64,000 nucleotides of DNA, from NCBI GenBank assembly GCA_050485365.1, contig JBJHBH010000001.1, forward strand, positions 1,101 to 65,100, written 5' to 3'. Positions 20,658 to 28,737 of the stretch are shown here, one piece after another. The notes under the pieces were generated by a model. The model was not told where the DNA came from. It made no database searches and saw only the letters and a list, made by a program, of their open reading frames with translations. Made by a program: the position numbers and the translations under genes. Origin of the DNA: Desulfuromonadales bacterium (GTDB lineage: Bacteria; Desulfobacterota; Desulfuromonadia; Desulfuromonadales; JACZKF01). Each line of letters starts with the position of its first letter. The first letter of the stretch is position 1.

Positions 20658-20858
20658 ATGACCGATCGATTCTCGAAAGCCGTTGAAGAACTGCAGGAAA
20701 AGTCGCCCTTCGTCTGCGTGAGTTGCGGCCACCACGAAATTCCGCAGGTCCACGAGGACGGCTCCACCCACGTCAAAGACCGTTTCAGCGACGCCGTCGA
20801 AGAGTCCGCCGAGAAATCCGCCTTCGTCTGCGAAAGCTGCAAGTCCAAGACCCGGTAG
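20658..20858 (+). CDS. 66-aa miniprotein, paralog of 20327-20542
   Basis: AAGGAG upstream; same two CxSC repeats. Confidence 0.82.
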   Translation: MTDRFSKAVEELQEKSPFVCVSCGHHEIPQVHEDGSTHVKDRFSDAVEESAEKSAFVCESCKSKTR

Positions 20859-20948
20859 GCAAGACGGGGCCTGGACCCCGCGAACGTCTCGCCCGAAAAC
20901 AAACACGCCTGCTCTCCTCATCGAGGGGACGCAGGCGTTTTATCTTTG

Positions 20949-21000
20949 AAGGAAATGCTCGGGGCGAGAGGATTTGAACCTCCGGCCCCCTGCTCCCGAA
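20949..21000. repeat. att-like direct repeat, copy 1 (52 bp)
   Basis: 51/52 identical to 22442-22493. Confidence 0.92.
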
Positions 21001-21025
21001 GCAGGTACGCTACCAGGCTGCGCTA
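20956..21025 (-). pseudogene. Truncated tRNA-Pro(CGG): positions ~8-76 only, with CCA changed to GCA
   Basis: Minus strand TAGCGCAGCCTGGTAGCGTACCTGCTTCGGGAGCAGGGGGCCGGAGGTTCAAATCCTCTCGCCCCGAGCA. D, anticodon and T arms are present; the 5' acceptor strand (expected CGGGGCG) is absent. Confidence 0.85.
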
Positions 21026-22204
21026 TTGCGGGACTGGGTTCAATTCCGTCCCTTCGCTCAGGATTCCGACATAAGCGTCATAAATAAACCGGCGATTTCG
21101 TCTGCCACTGCTGATCTGACGTAGAATGCCCAACTCTTCGTACACGGCTATCAGGGAATTTGCTTTGGTGTAGCTGACTCCGACGATGCGCACCACGTCA
21201 TTGGCCATAACGACGGGCTGGCGCATCAGACCCCGCAACAGGTGAAGGCCGTGTGAGCCTTCCCCGTGAGCCACCAGTCGATCTGAGTCCTCTCTTTCCA
21301 AGGCCTGTATCCTTTTTGTCGTCTGCAGCACCATTCGCGAAACTTCGCGGACTCCCTCCAGAAAGAAGCGCGTCCAGGCCTCGAAATTACCGTCGGTGCG
21401 CACCTGGGTGAGACGATCATAATATTCCTGCTGGTGCGCCTTGAGATAAGCGCTGAGGTAGAGCATCGGCTCATCGAGGATCCCCTTCCAAACAAGATAG
21501 AGCGTGATCAAAAGGCGCCCCACGCGGCCGTTTCCGTCATTGAAGGGGTGGATCGTTTCAAACTGATAGTGGAGCAGGCCGCAGCGGATGAGTGGAGGGG
21601 TCGCATCTTCCTCGTGCAGGTACCGTTCGAAAGCTTCCAATGCCTTCTGCATTTCCTCCGGAGGCGGAGGAACAAACCTGGCATTCGCGGGGCTTGTCCC
21701 CCCGATCCAGTTCTGCATTGTGCGAAATTCCCCGGGACTGAGATGGACGCCGCCTCCCCGCACCTGCTGCATCAGAATGCCATGGATTTCACGGATCAGC
21801 CTGAGAGACATCGGGAAGTCATCTTCCCTGAGCCTCTTCAGGCCATGACGCATCGCCTTGACGTAATTAATGACCTCTCCCACGTCCGCCGTCGGCAAGT
21901 GATCTTCATCGGCTCCCAGTACATCCGCAAGCGACGACTGGGTTCCCTCGATCTGTGAGCTGAGCAAGGCTTCCTTCTGGATGAACATTCCCACCAGCAG
22001 ATCCGGATTGGGCAGCACCGTAACAACGACGTTCAACGCGCCCAGCGCGCGGTCTGCCTCGGAAAGAAGCAAGGGAAGGTCGCCTTCCATGGCAATTTGT
22101 GGTTCCGGGGGGAGGTCGGCCGGGAAGAAAGCCGTGTAGCCCGTGGATGTCTTTTTGAAGCGTCCGCTTCGCGCCATAACGCCTTCCATATATTGCACTT
22201 GCAA
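21023..22204 (-). CDS. fic: Fic family protein (Fic/DOC core, C-terminal HTH)
   Basis: Canonical HPFNDGNGRVGR motif; N-terminal EALLSSQIEGT. Confidence 0.95.
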   Translation of the reverse strand: MQVQYMEGVMARSGRFKKTSTGYTAFFPADLPPEPQIAMEGDLPLLLSEADRALGALNVVVTVLPNPDLLVGMFIQKEALLSSQIEGTQSSLADVLGADEDHLPTADVGEVINYVKAMRHGLKRLREDDFPMSLRLIREIHGILMQQVRGGGVHLSPGEFRTMQNWIGGTSPANARFVPPPPEEMQKALEAFERYLHEEDATPPLIRCGLLHYQFETIHPFNDGNGRVGRLLITLYLVWKGILDEPMLYLSAYLKAHQQEYYDRLTQVRTDGNFEAWTRFFLEGVREVSRMVLQTTKRIQALEREDSDRLVAHGEGSHGLHLLRGLMRQPVVMANDVVRIVGVSYTKANSLIAVYEELGILRQISSGRRNRRFIYDAYVGILSEGTELNPVPQ

Positions 22205-22441
22205 GTTGTGTAATCCCTTTTGATGGGTTTATATCATTTTTTTAAAGATATGGAGAGAGGAAAGGGAGCCTTATCTCGCAATTTAGAGATATGGCTTGAG
22301 TGAAAGGGGTCATGTCTCGCGAGCGCAAATAAAACGCCCTGCGGATCTCAAAGAGCAGGCAGGCGTTTCGGTCGACTCCCCAAATTGAAAAGCCCCACTC
22401 CCGGGCCAGGAAGAGGGGCAAATTCTTTGAAGTCTAAAGGA

Positions 22442-22493
22442 AAGGAAATGGTCGGGGCGAGAGGATTTGAACCTCCGGCCCCCTGCTCCCGAA
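22442..22493 (-). repeat. att-like direct repeat, copy 2: 3' half of tRNA-Pro(CGG) from the anticodon loop to CCA
   Basis: Minus strand TTCGGGAGCAGGGGGCCGGAGGTTCAAATCCTCTCGCCCCGACCAtttcctt. Confidence 0.92.
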
Positions 22494-22643
22494 CCCGATG
22501 CACTACGGCGGGTGGTAGGGTTCGCGGCACATTGTTCCCTTAATTACCGCAATGTTTCTAGCATATCGCCCCGAAAATGGCAAGAATCTTCCCCGATGCT
22601 TGCCTTGCAAGAAGCCCGTTTCCAAGGACCATAAGGGAACTGA

Positions 22644-23045
22644 TCAGCGCCTGTTCATCCAAGATGAAACGAATCTTTCCAGGTTCTCCAAACAATCTGA
22701 AGAATAGGCCCTTTCGTCAAGACTAGCGTGAATTTCCATCTCCTTCAGCCGTAGCAGGCAGACTAGCCGGTCCAGCCGAAATGGACCGGAGGAGGACCGG
22801 AGCATCACGTTTGCCATTTCAGACCTCAGCTCAATTAGATGTGGTTGTCGGGAGTATCGGGGAGAATGCTCTGGTTTTGGCGGTTTTGGCGGAAACATCG
22901 GTGGCCGTATTCTGATGAATTCCATCCAGGGTTCCCCGAAAAAAACTAGTCCACATTTTTCATCAATCCACAGCAGTGTAATTTTTTCGATACCCACCCA
23001 CCAACTATCATGTTGCTTTTGAGTGTCTCCGATTGCAGGTTTCAT
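22644..23045 (-). CDS. Hypothetical protein (possibly a relic)
   Basis: ORF only; no recognisable motif. Confidence 0.25.
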   Translation of the reverse strand: MKPAIGDTQKQHDSWWVGIEKITLLWIDEKCGLVFFGEPWMEFIRIRPPMFPPKPPKPEHSPRYSRQPHLIELRSEMANVMLRSSSGPFRLDRLVCLLRLKEMEIHASLDERAYSSDCLENLERFVSSWMNRR

Positions 23046-23299
23046 CGAAACTGTTGAAATTTTTCCCGCTCGGTACCGCCCAGAATCCAGGACGAGCTTT
23101 TTGGACAGGACACGGAATTGAGACTAAAGGATGGCGTAGGGATTAGCAGATGGTGGTCTCAAACCCAAGTCTTCTTGCAACAAGTACGTTGACAATCAAA
23201 ACCGTCACAGATTAAATGGAGTATCTTGAAATTCGTGAGGGCGGGCGTTTTTGGGGCAAGGTCGGCTCATTCTTTGGCTGCTGGTAAGGGAAATAGATC

Positions 23300-24349
23300 G
23301 TGAGTACATCTCGGCCTTCGCTGGAAGAGCGCTTTAAGGCCTTCCTTGGCCAATTAGAAGGCGCGGAGAGCATCGACGACACGCTGTCAGATCCAGAACT
23401 CGCCCACGGCAAGCGCGCGGACTTCCTCTTGGATGATCGCCGCATTGTTCTGGAGATGAAGTCCCTTGAGGCAGACCCTGAGTACAAGATTGAGGAACGA
23501 CTTGCGCCGCATCGTACCAGGCCGGAGTTTCCTGCTTTCTACTGGAAAGCGGACCTGAATGAGATATTACCATACCTGCCTGACGGCGAAGATGTTCGGC
23601 GAGAAATTTTTCATGCGGTTACTCGGTCCGTGCAAGGGGCACTTGAGAAGGCAGATGATCAAATTGAAGCGACAAAAAAAGCGTTAGGGCTAGTAAATTC
23701 ATGCGGCGTTGCCGCGATTCTGAATGAAAGGATCGGCATCCTGGCACCAGAACTGGTGACGGCAAAGGCCAGCCAGATTTTATTGAAAACTCGGGATGGC
23801 GGCGTTAGATACAAACACATTGCCTATGTATGGATCGTCTCGGAAAGCCACAGGATTGCCACCAAGGAGGGGCTCGAATATCTGCCGATGATTCTCATGG
23901 AGGGGCCGGCCGCGGATGATCATGCCGACGCCGGAGAGTACCTGGATGGCTTGCAGGCAAAATGGGCGAAATTCGAAAAAATGCCGTTTTTCTCCCTGGG
24001 GCACCGGAAGAATTTCGATGATCTGAACTTTGAGAACCGAACAGTGAAGCAGGCCGAGACCGAGAACCGTCCTCTAGTCCGTCACGAAGTATGGCGGCGG
24101 GACTACAGGACGTCCCCATACCTGAGGTCTCTCTCAGCGGAGGACTTCCTAGAACACGCGGTACGGATTCTCACAGCTATGACGCCGCATTTTCTTGTGG
24201 GCGGGAAAAAGTTGCCGGAGGCTACGGTGGCCGAGTTCATGGAAGGGTGGACGCATATATTGGAAGAGGCGGAACACCGCCGCCTTGACATGAAGAAGCT
24301 CCAGAGCCGACTGCCCGATCCGAATAAATTCCGTGATGGAAGCGGCTAA
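23300..24349 (+). CDS. Hypothetical protein with PD-(D/E)XK-like nuclease motif
   Basis: RADFLL..IVLEMK (D...ExK) near the N-terminus; 349-aa ORF. Candidate promoter TTGACA-N17-TTAAAT around 23189-23217. Confidence 0.6.
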   Translation: MSTSRPSLEERFKAFLGQLEGAESIDDTLSDPELAHGKRADFLLDDRRIVLEMKSLEADPEYKIEERLAPHRTRPEFPAFYWKADLNEILPYLPDGEDVRREIFHAVTRSVQGALEKADDQIEATKKALGLVNSCGVAAILNERIGILAPELVTAKASQILLKTRDGGVRYKHIAYVWIVSESHRIATKEGLEYLPMILMEGPAADDHADAGEYLDGLQAKWAKFEKMPFFSLGHRKNFDDLNFENRTVKQAETENRPLVRHEVWRRDYRTSPYLRSLSAEDFLEHAVRILTAMTPHFLVGGKKLPEATVAEFMEGWTHILEEAEHRRLDMKKLQSRLPDPNKFRDGSG

Positions 24350-24416
24350 GCACTGCCGTCAGCCGACATAGGGCGGACCCAGTCGGCTGGCGGGGGTATT
24401 GAGTTCGGTGATAAAA

Positions 24417-25088
24417 ATGAAACGTCTTCGTGACCATGCAAAGCTCGGCTCAGTTGCCGACGTAAAGGTCAATCTCAAAGATCTTGCGATGAGTCTTCAC
24501 TCTGCTGGAGTTGCTCTCTTGCCTCGCAATGATTTGGGTGTTGGATGCCGTGTTTATCCTGGCATTGCTCGATCCACTGCCGAGCAACTTCAGCTGCTAG
24601 CAAAGCACCTAGAAGAACCGATTGAAATCACAGCGAATATTTGTCGAACGGTCTTTGAGATAAACGTTGTCTTTCGTTATTGTCTCTCGTCAAATGATAA
24701 ACTTAATGAGTATGCCGATCAATCTGGCACTGACGAAATTTCAATCTACAAGAGCATTAAAGGCTTAGCGGATGAAAATACTGAGCCAAAAAATTTGGAA
24801 CTCCTTGAACAGCACATATGCCAAATTAGATCTGTTCTTGAAAAGCATGGAAGAAATCTCAAGCCGGAGCGACCATCCCTCTTCCAAATGGCAAAAGAAG
24901 TAGATTTAAAGGACGAATATCAATCGATGTATGGTATTTACTCAAAATATGTGCATGCTTCTGCTTGGTTCGTTTTAAGGAAGCGAGAACACATCGATTT
25001 ACCTATGTATAGAGTTCCGATGCAGCTTCATACACAATTATACGCGGCAGACACACTTTATAGATTACAAGAGCTAGGTAATAAATGA
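24417..25088 (+). CDS. DUF5677-like hypothetical protein
   Basis: Low-GC helical ORF with RTVFEIN and Y..YSKYVHAS, typical of this family. Confidence 0.55.
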   Translation: MKRLRDHAKLGSVADVKVNLKDLAMSLHSAGVALLPRNDLGVGCRVYPGIARSTAEQLQLLAKHLEEPIEITANICRTVFEINVVFRYCLSSNDKLNEYADQSGTDEISIYKSIKGLADENTEPKNLELLEQHICQIRSVLEKHGRNLKPERPSLFQMAKEVDLKDEYQSMYGIYSKYVHASAWFVLRKREHIDLPMYRVPMQLHTQLYAADTLYRLQELGNK

Positions 25089-25355
25089 CACCGAACCACA
25101 GCCTCCACCGGCCAGGAAAGCAGCAGTGGATCTTGATGAATTTCTACCATATTCACGTTCACTGCGCTGCCGGTGATGCTGGCCGTTATTGCTGTTGAAA
25201 ATCCTCTGGTCTGTCTCATAAAAAACAGCACCACCTTTGCCCATCTCCGGCCTAGGCTCAACCCAATGTGGTCGTCACCGATGATAGGGCATTGTTTCGG
25301 GTTTCGACGGTTATGGCGGAAGGCTTCCGGGCCATTTCTTGGTATTTTCTTCCGG

Positions 25356-26522
25356 CTACCACCTATTGTACCCACACCATTTTTCTTCTTCATCGAGAAC
25401 CGATGGCGGGCTTTTCGCCAAGGGGTCTAAGCGGTCAGCCTGTTGGGTGGCCCAATCAAGCCAATCGCTGACATCTTCTCCAGTTCCGATCCTAACGTCA
25501 TCCGAGACATGCCGAACTGCTTCGATGAATGCCCTCAGCTTTTGGCTCTTGTGCCAATCCTCGGCAACGGTTTCAAGATCCTTGAGTTTGGCCTTTTCCT
25601 TTCGTATAGCCTCTTGTTTTTCATGCTTTAACTTTTCGTATTCCTTCCTTTCCCGTTCGCGCCGCTCATTCTCTGCGCGTCGCGACTTCTCTTTGAAAGC
25701 AGAATCGATCAATCCGATGATGACGTCATTCAGGCAATTCTCAATACGTTTTTTCTTGCCATCATTCCAAGACCTTCTGTGGCCATAGGAGTCTTTGTCA
25801 ATTTTCAAAGAAAGCCTGCCTGAGGGCAGATAGTCATATTTTTCGGGACGCATCCAAGAATACTTTTCCATTTGCCTGATTTCCTTCTCAGTTGGCTCAT
25901 GGTCAATACGCGTGGATGTTTCTTCGAGAGTGATCGAAAACTTCTCCCCCATTACGGTGACGTAGGTTTGGCCATTTTCGAGGGCAATCTTGTGCTTTCG
26001 CTTTTCTAAACCTTTGACGAGGACATCCATAATCGGGATGGCCCTGTGGATCAATGGCGGGCTCACGCAGACATTCAGGCTCTTCGGGCCACCTCGGACC
26101 CAGGACCGATCGGATTTGCTTTTCTTGCTGGCGGCCTTGAGTAGCTGCTCCTGGGTCCGCAACGCCAGCCGGTGCAGTTCTTCGGACCCCTCGTTTGCCT
26201 GAAGAAGGTTTGCCGGCAATTTTTCCTGATCGATCAGCATCTCCCGTTCGGATTTTTGAGCACTGTCCAGTTCGAGCGCAGGCATCACCCATTTTTGAAT
26301 CACATGCTCGGTCGGGCCTTTTGTCGGGGGTAAGGTAGGCGGCTTCCCCGGATACTTTCGCAGCCAATAGCCCTTAGGGGGACGAGGGATGTTCAGCTTT
26401 TTGCAGATCTTCGCCAATCCAACATCTGAAATGCCGTATTCCATCGCCAGCTTTGTGGTCGGCTTCGACCAGATTTGCTCAAAAAGCTCCTCTCTGGTGA
26501 GGTGAATCCTTTCCCATCCCAT
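25356..26522 (-). CDS. Conserved island-associated protein with N-terminal HTH and C-terminal coiled coil
   Basis: LTREELFEQIWSKPTTKLAMEYGISDVGLAKICKKLNIPRPPKGYW; AAGGAGG SD before ATG 26522. Confidence 0.75.
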   Translation of the reverse strand: MGWERIHLTREELFEQIWSKPTTKLAMEYGISDVGLAKICKKLNIPRPPKGYWLRKYPGKPPTLPPTKGPTEHVIQKWVMPALELDSAQKSEREMLIDQEKLPANLLQANEGSEELHRLALRTQEQLLKAASKKSKSDRSWVRGGPKSLNVCVSPPLIHRAIPIMDVLVKGLEKRKHKIALENGQTYVTVMGEKFSITLEETSTRIDHEPTEKEIRQMEKYSWMRPEKYDYLPSGRLSLKIDKDSYGHRRSWNDGKKKRIENCLNDVIIGLIDSAFKEKSRRAENERRERERKEYEKLKHEKQEAIRKEKAKLKDLETVAEDWHKSQKLRAFIEAVRHVSDDVRIGTGEDVSDWLDWATQQADRLDPLAKSPPSVLDEEEKWCGYNRW

Positions 26523-26633
26523 GACAAGCCCTCCTTGCTGTGATCGTGTTGGCTGCACAGCCAAGCCTAGCGGGAGGTCGGTGTAATGGCCAGCAAGGAT
26601 GTATTGCATCGATTCCCATTTAGGTCCCCATGA

Positions 26634-26667
26634 GCCGAAGCCCTCCTAGAAGAAGGAGGGCTTCGGC
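26634..26667 (-). terminator. 14-bp perfect hairpin closing the 27587/27050 two-gene unit
   Basis: GCCGAAGCCCTCCT-AGAAGA-AGGAGGGCTTCGGC, 11 nt after the stop at 26679. Confidence 0.65.
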
Positions 26668-26678
26668 ATGCTCACTGG

Positions 26679-27050
26679 TCACGGTTCGAGGAAATAGACC
26701 GTCCCGCTGTATTCCCTGCGGGGGTCTTTTTCCTCCTTCAGGAACCTCCAGTTCTGGGGGTGGTTGGCAATGTGGTTCCAGAGGGTCATGCCGAATAACG
26801 ACCCGAGTAGATTCGGGTCAACGCCATTGACCAGGGAGTCGCCGCTGTCCTGAATCTCGGACAAAATCTTTTTCCCCAGATGCCCGGAATTGACAATCTT
26901 TTCCTCGGCGATTTGGTGCCCGATGAGTTCGGAAAGTCGGCCGTGCAGGGGAGAGCCCTGATAGTCGATAAAGGAATTCCAGTGGTCCTTTTTGCCGATT
27001 GCCGGCTGGGGAGTTTTGGTGTCCTTGTCGGTGTAAGTAAAAAGCGGCAT
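26679..27050 (-). CDS. Hypothetical 123-aa protein
   Basis: AGGAGG SD, clean ORF directly downstream of the 168-aa gene. Confidence 0.75.
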   Translation of the reverse strand: MPLFTYTDKDTKTPQPAIGKKDHWNSFIDYQGSPLHGRLSELIGHQIAEEKIVNSGHLGKKILSEIQDSGDSLVNGVDPNLLGSLFGMTLWNHIANHPQNWRFLKEEKDPRREYSGTVYFLEP

Positions 27051-27080
27051 GGTCTTCCTCCTGGTCTTGAGTTGAATGGA

Positions 27081-27587
27081 TTACTTCGGATAATGGTATT
27101 TCATTTCCTCAAGCCATTCTTTGTAGTCATCGCCGATGTCGGTCAGAAACTGTTCAAAGGTGGAAATAGCGTCAGCTGCTAAGTAGTAGCGCTTCTCTCC
27201 TTTGGGCATCATTTTGATGTCCAAGACAAAATCCTTCAGTCCATAGCGCTTGCAGACTTTTTTGGCGCCTCCAACCCTAGCGGACATGCTTTTTTCCGTC
27301 AGTGTCTCGGAGTTGCCAAGGGGAATGGCCTCAAGTTGCTCCAGAGTCGAGAAGCGTCCTTTGGAGTCGTCCTCGCCATGCAGAAAAATGAGGTGGGCCA
27401 GGTGGAAGGTCTCCCAGCTCACGCTTTCAAAAACCTGGTAAATGGTTTCATCGTCTCTTCCTTCCGTAGCGGATACGATGCCTGCTTCGGCAAGACGAGC
27501 CAGGGTTTCCGACGCCTTCTCTCCCGAGCTCAGCTCCCTGAAAAACGCTGCGACCTGTCCATGTGTGCCCCTGATGATGATTTCCAT
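27081..27587 (-). CDS. Hypothetical 168-aa protein with possible C-terminal winged helix
   Basis: AGGAGG SD before ATG 27587; LTEKSMSARVGGAKKVCKRYG..KRYYL resembles a recognition helix plus wing. Confidence 0.7.
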   Translation of the reverse strand: MEIIIRGTHGQVAAFFRELSSGEKASETLARLAEAGIVSATEGRDDETIYQVFESVSWETFHLAHLIFLHGEDDSKGRFSTLEQLEAIPLGNSETLTEKSMSARVGGAKKVCKRYGLKDFVLDIKMMPKGEKRYYLAADAISTFEQFLTDIGDDYKEWLEEMKYHYPK

Positions 27588-27645
27588 GAGTGCCTCCTGT
27601 CTTGAGTTCATTGTCTTTAGTTCGACTCGCCGTTATGTAATCGAA

Positions 27646-27673
27646 ATATTACACTCCCGCCTGTTGTTGTCAA
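27646..27673 (-). promoter_or_regulatory. Leftward sigma70 promoter
   Basis: TTGACA-N16-TAATAT on the minus strand. Confidence 0.65.
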
Positions 27674-27788
27674 GAAATAAACGATACGACTTTTACGAGT
27701 TTATTTCGAGTTACTCGATATCGATACGAAATGGCGTGTCTTGGCGAGCCCCTTGTGACGCAAACCGAGTGGCAGTCGAGGTTTTTTG

Positions 27789-27852
27789 TTGATTTTTAAT
27801 TCTTGCCTGCTATTATGGGTCTACTTTTTAGACTCGTTATCAAAACTAGACC
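27789..27852 (+). promoter_or_regulatory. Rightward promoter with adjacent inverted-repeat operator
   Basis: TTGATT-N16-TATTAT, then GGGTCTA-CTTTT-TAGACTC and a further TAGACC half-site at 27847. Confidence 0.55.
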
Positions 27853-27870
27853 TGTTGATCGGAAGCCGGC

Positions 27871-28737
27871 ATGGAAGCACCACTCGATACCAGGGACGAC
27901 ATTAAGTGGGCGGCACGCAAGCGCCTTGAACTCATCGAGATGGAACTGTTCTGGTCCGGGCGGGTCAACCGGCAGACCTTGATGGGAAAAACCGGGATAT
28001 CCAAGGCGCAGGCCAGTGCCGACTTGGCCCAATACAAAAAGCTGGCAGACCACAACCTCGCCTACAACCTGACCGAAAAGACCTATCAGGTCACCCCCGT
28101 TTTCTCCCCCCTGTTCATCAACACCTCACCGCAGGTCTTTCTGGCTCAGCTTGCATTCGCCGGTGAGAATGCCGAACAGCTTCAGCTGCCCGCCCGTGAC
28201 ATCCAGCCGGCCCTTTTGCGGATTGTCGCCCAGGCGGTTCAGGCAGCCACCTGCGTGGATATCACCTATCAGTCCATGTCCTCCCCCGAGCCGAAAGCTC
28301 GCCTCATTGCGCCACACACCTTCGTCTCCGATGGCTGGCGCTGGCACGTGCGAGCCTACGATTTTCTGAGCGGCTCCTTTCGGGACTTCCTACTGGCCAG
28401 AGTTCTGCTGGCCGGGGAGTGTGCTGCACCGGGGAGGCCCAGGGAACAGCTCTGGTCGAAGGAGAACGATACCGAGTGGCAGACGAGGGTGCCATTGCGG
28501 ATCGTTCCTCACCCGGGGTTGAGCCCTCAACAGAAGGCGGTGGTGGCGAGCGACTTCGGCATGGTCGATGGCGAGGTGCTGTTTCCGGTCCGCCAGGCGT
28601 GCCTCTTTTACGTTTTGCGACAGCTCAGGCTCCTGGATGAATCGAAGAACCCGGCGGAGCAGCAGATCGTTCTGGCCAACAAGGCGGAAGTGTTGCCTCT
28701 GTTAAACAGGCCACTTCAAGGAGGGGACCTTGAGTGA
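27871..28737 (+). CDS. WYL-domain transcriptional regulator (CapW/BrxR-like; wHTH-WYL-WCX)
   Basis: RLELIEMELFWSGRVNRQTLM..GISKAQASADLAQY wHTH; ITYQSMS..LIAPH..DGWRWHVRAY..FRDFLLARV WYL core. Confidence 0.92.
   Translation: MEAPLDTRDDIKWAARKRLELIEMELFWSGRVNRQTLMGKTGISKAQASADLAQYKKLADHNLAYNLTEKTYQVTPVFSPLFINTSPQVFLAQLAFAGENAEQLQLPARDIQPALLRIVAQAVQAATCVDITYQSMSSPEPKARLIAPHTFVSDGWRWHVRAYDFLSGSFRDFLLARVLLAGECAAPGRPREQLWSKENDTEWQTRVPLRIVPHPGLSPQQKAVVASDFGMVDGEVLFPVRQACLFYVLRQLRLLDESKNPAEQQIVLANKAEVLPLLNRPLQGGDLE

Noticed and set aside
20327-20858. CRISPR array or other non-coding repeat
   Set aside because: The repeats are in-frame, codon-degenerate protein repeats; no CRISPR array or cas gene was seen anywhere in the window.
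20956-21025. Functional tRNA-Pro gene
   Set aside because: The 5' acceptor strand is missing and CCA is mutated; the copy at 22449-22493 is only a 3' half.
26679-28737. CBASS operon beside the CapW-like regulator
   Set aside because: No CD-NTase (GS..DxD nucleotidyltransferase) or Cap effector motifs in the neighbouring ORFs.
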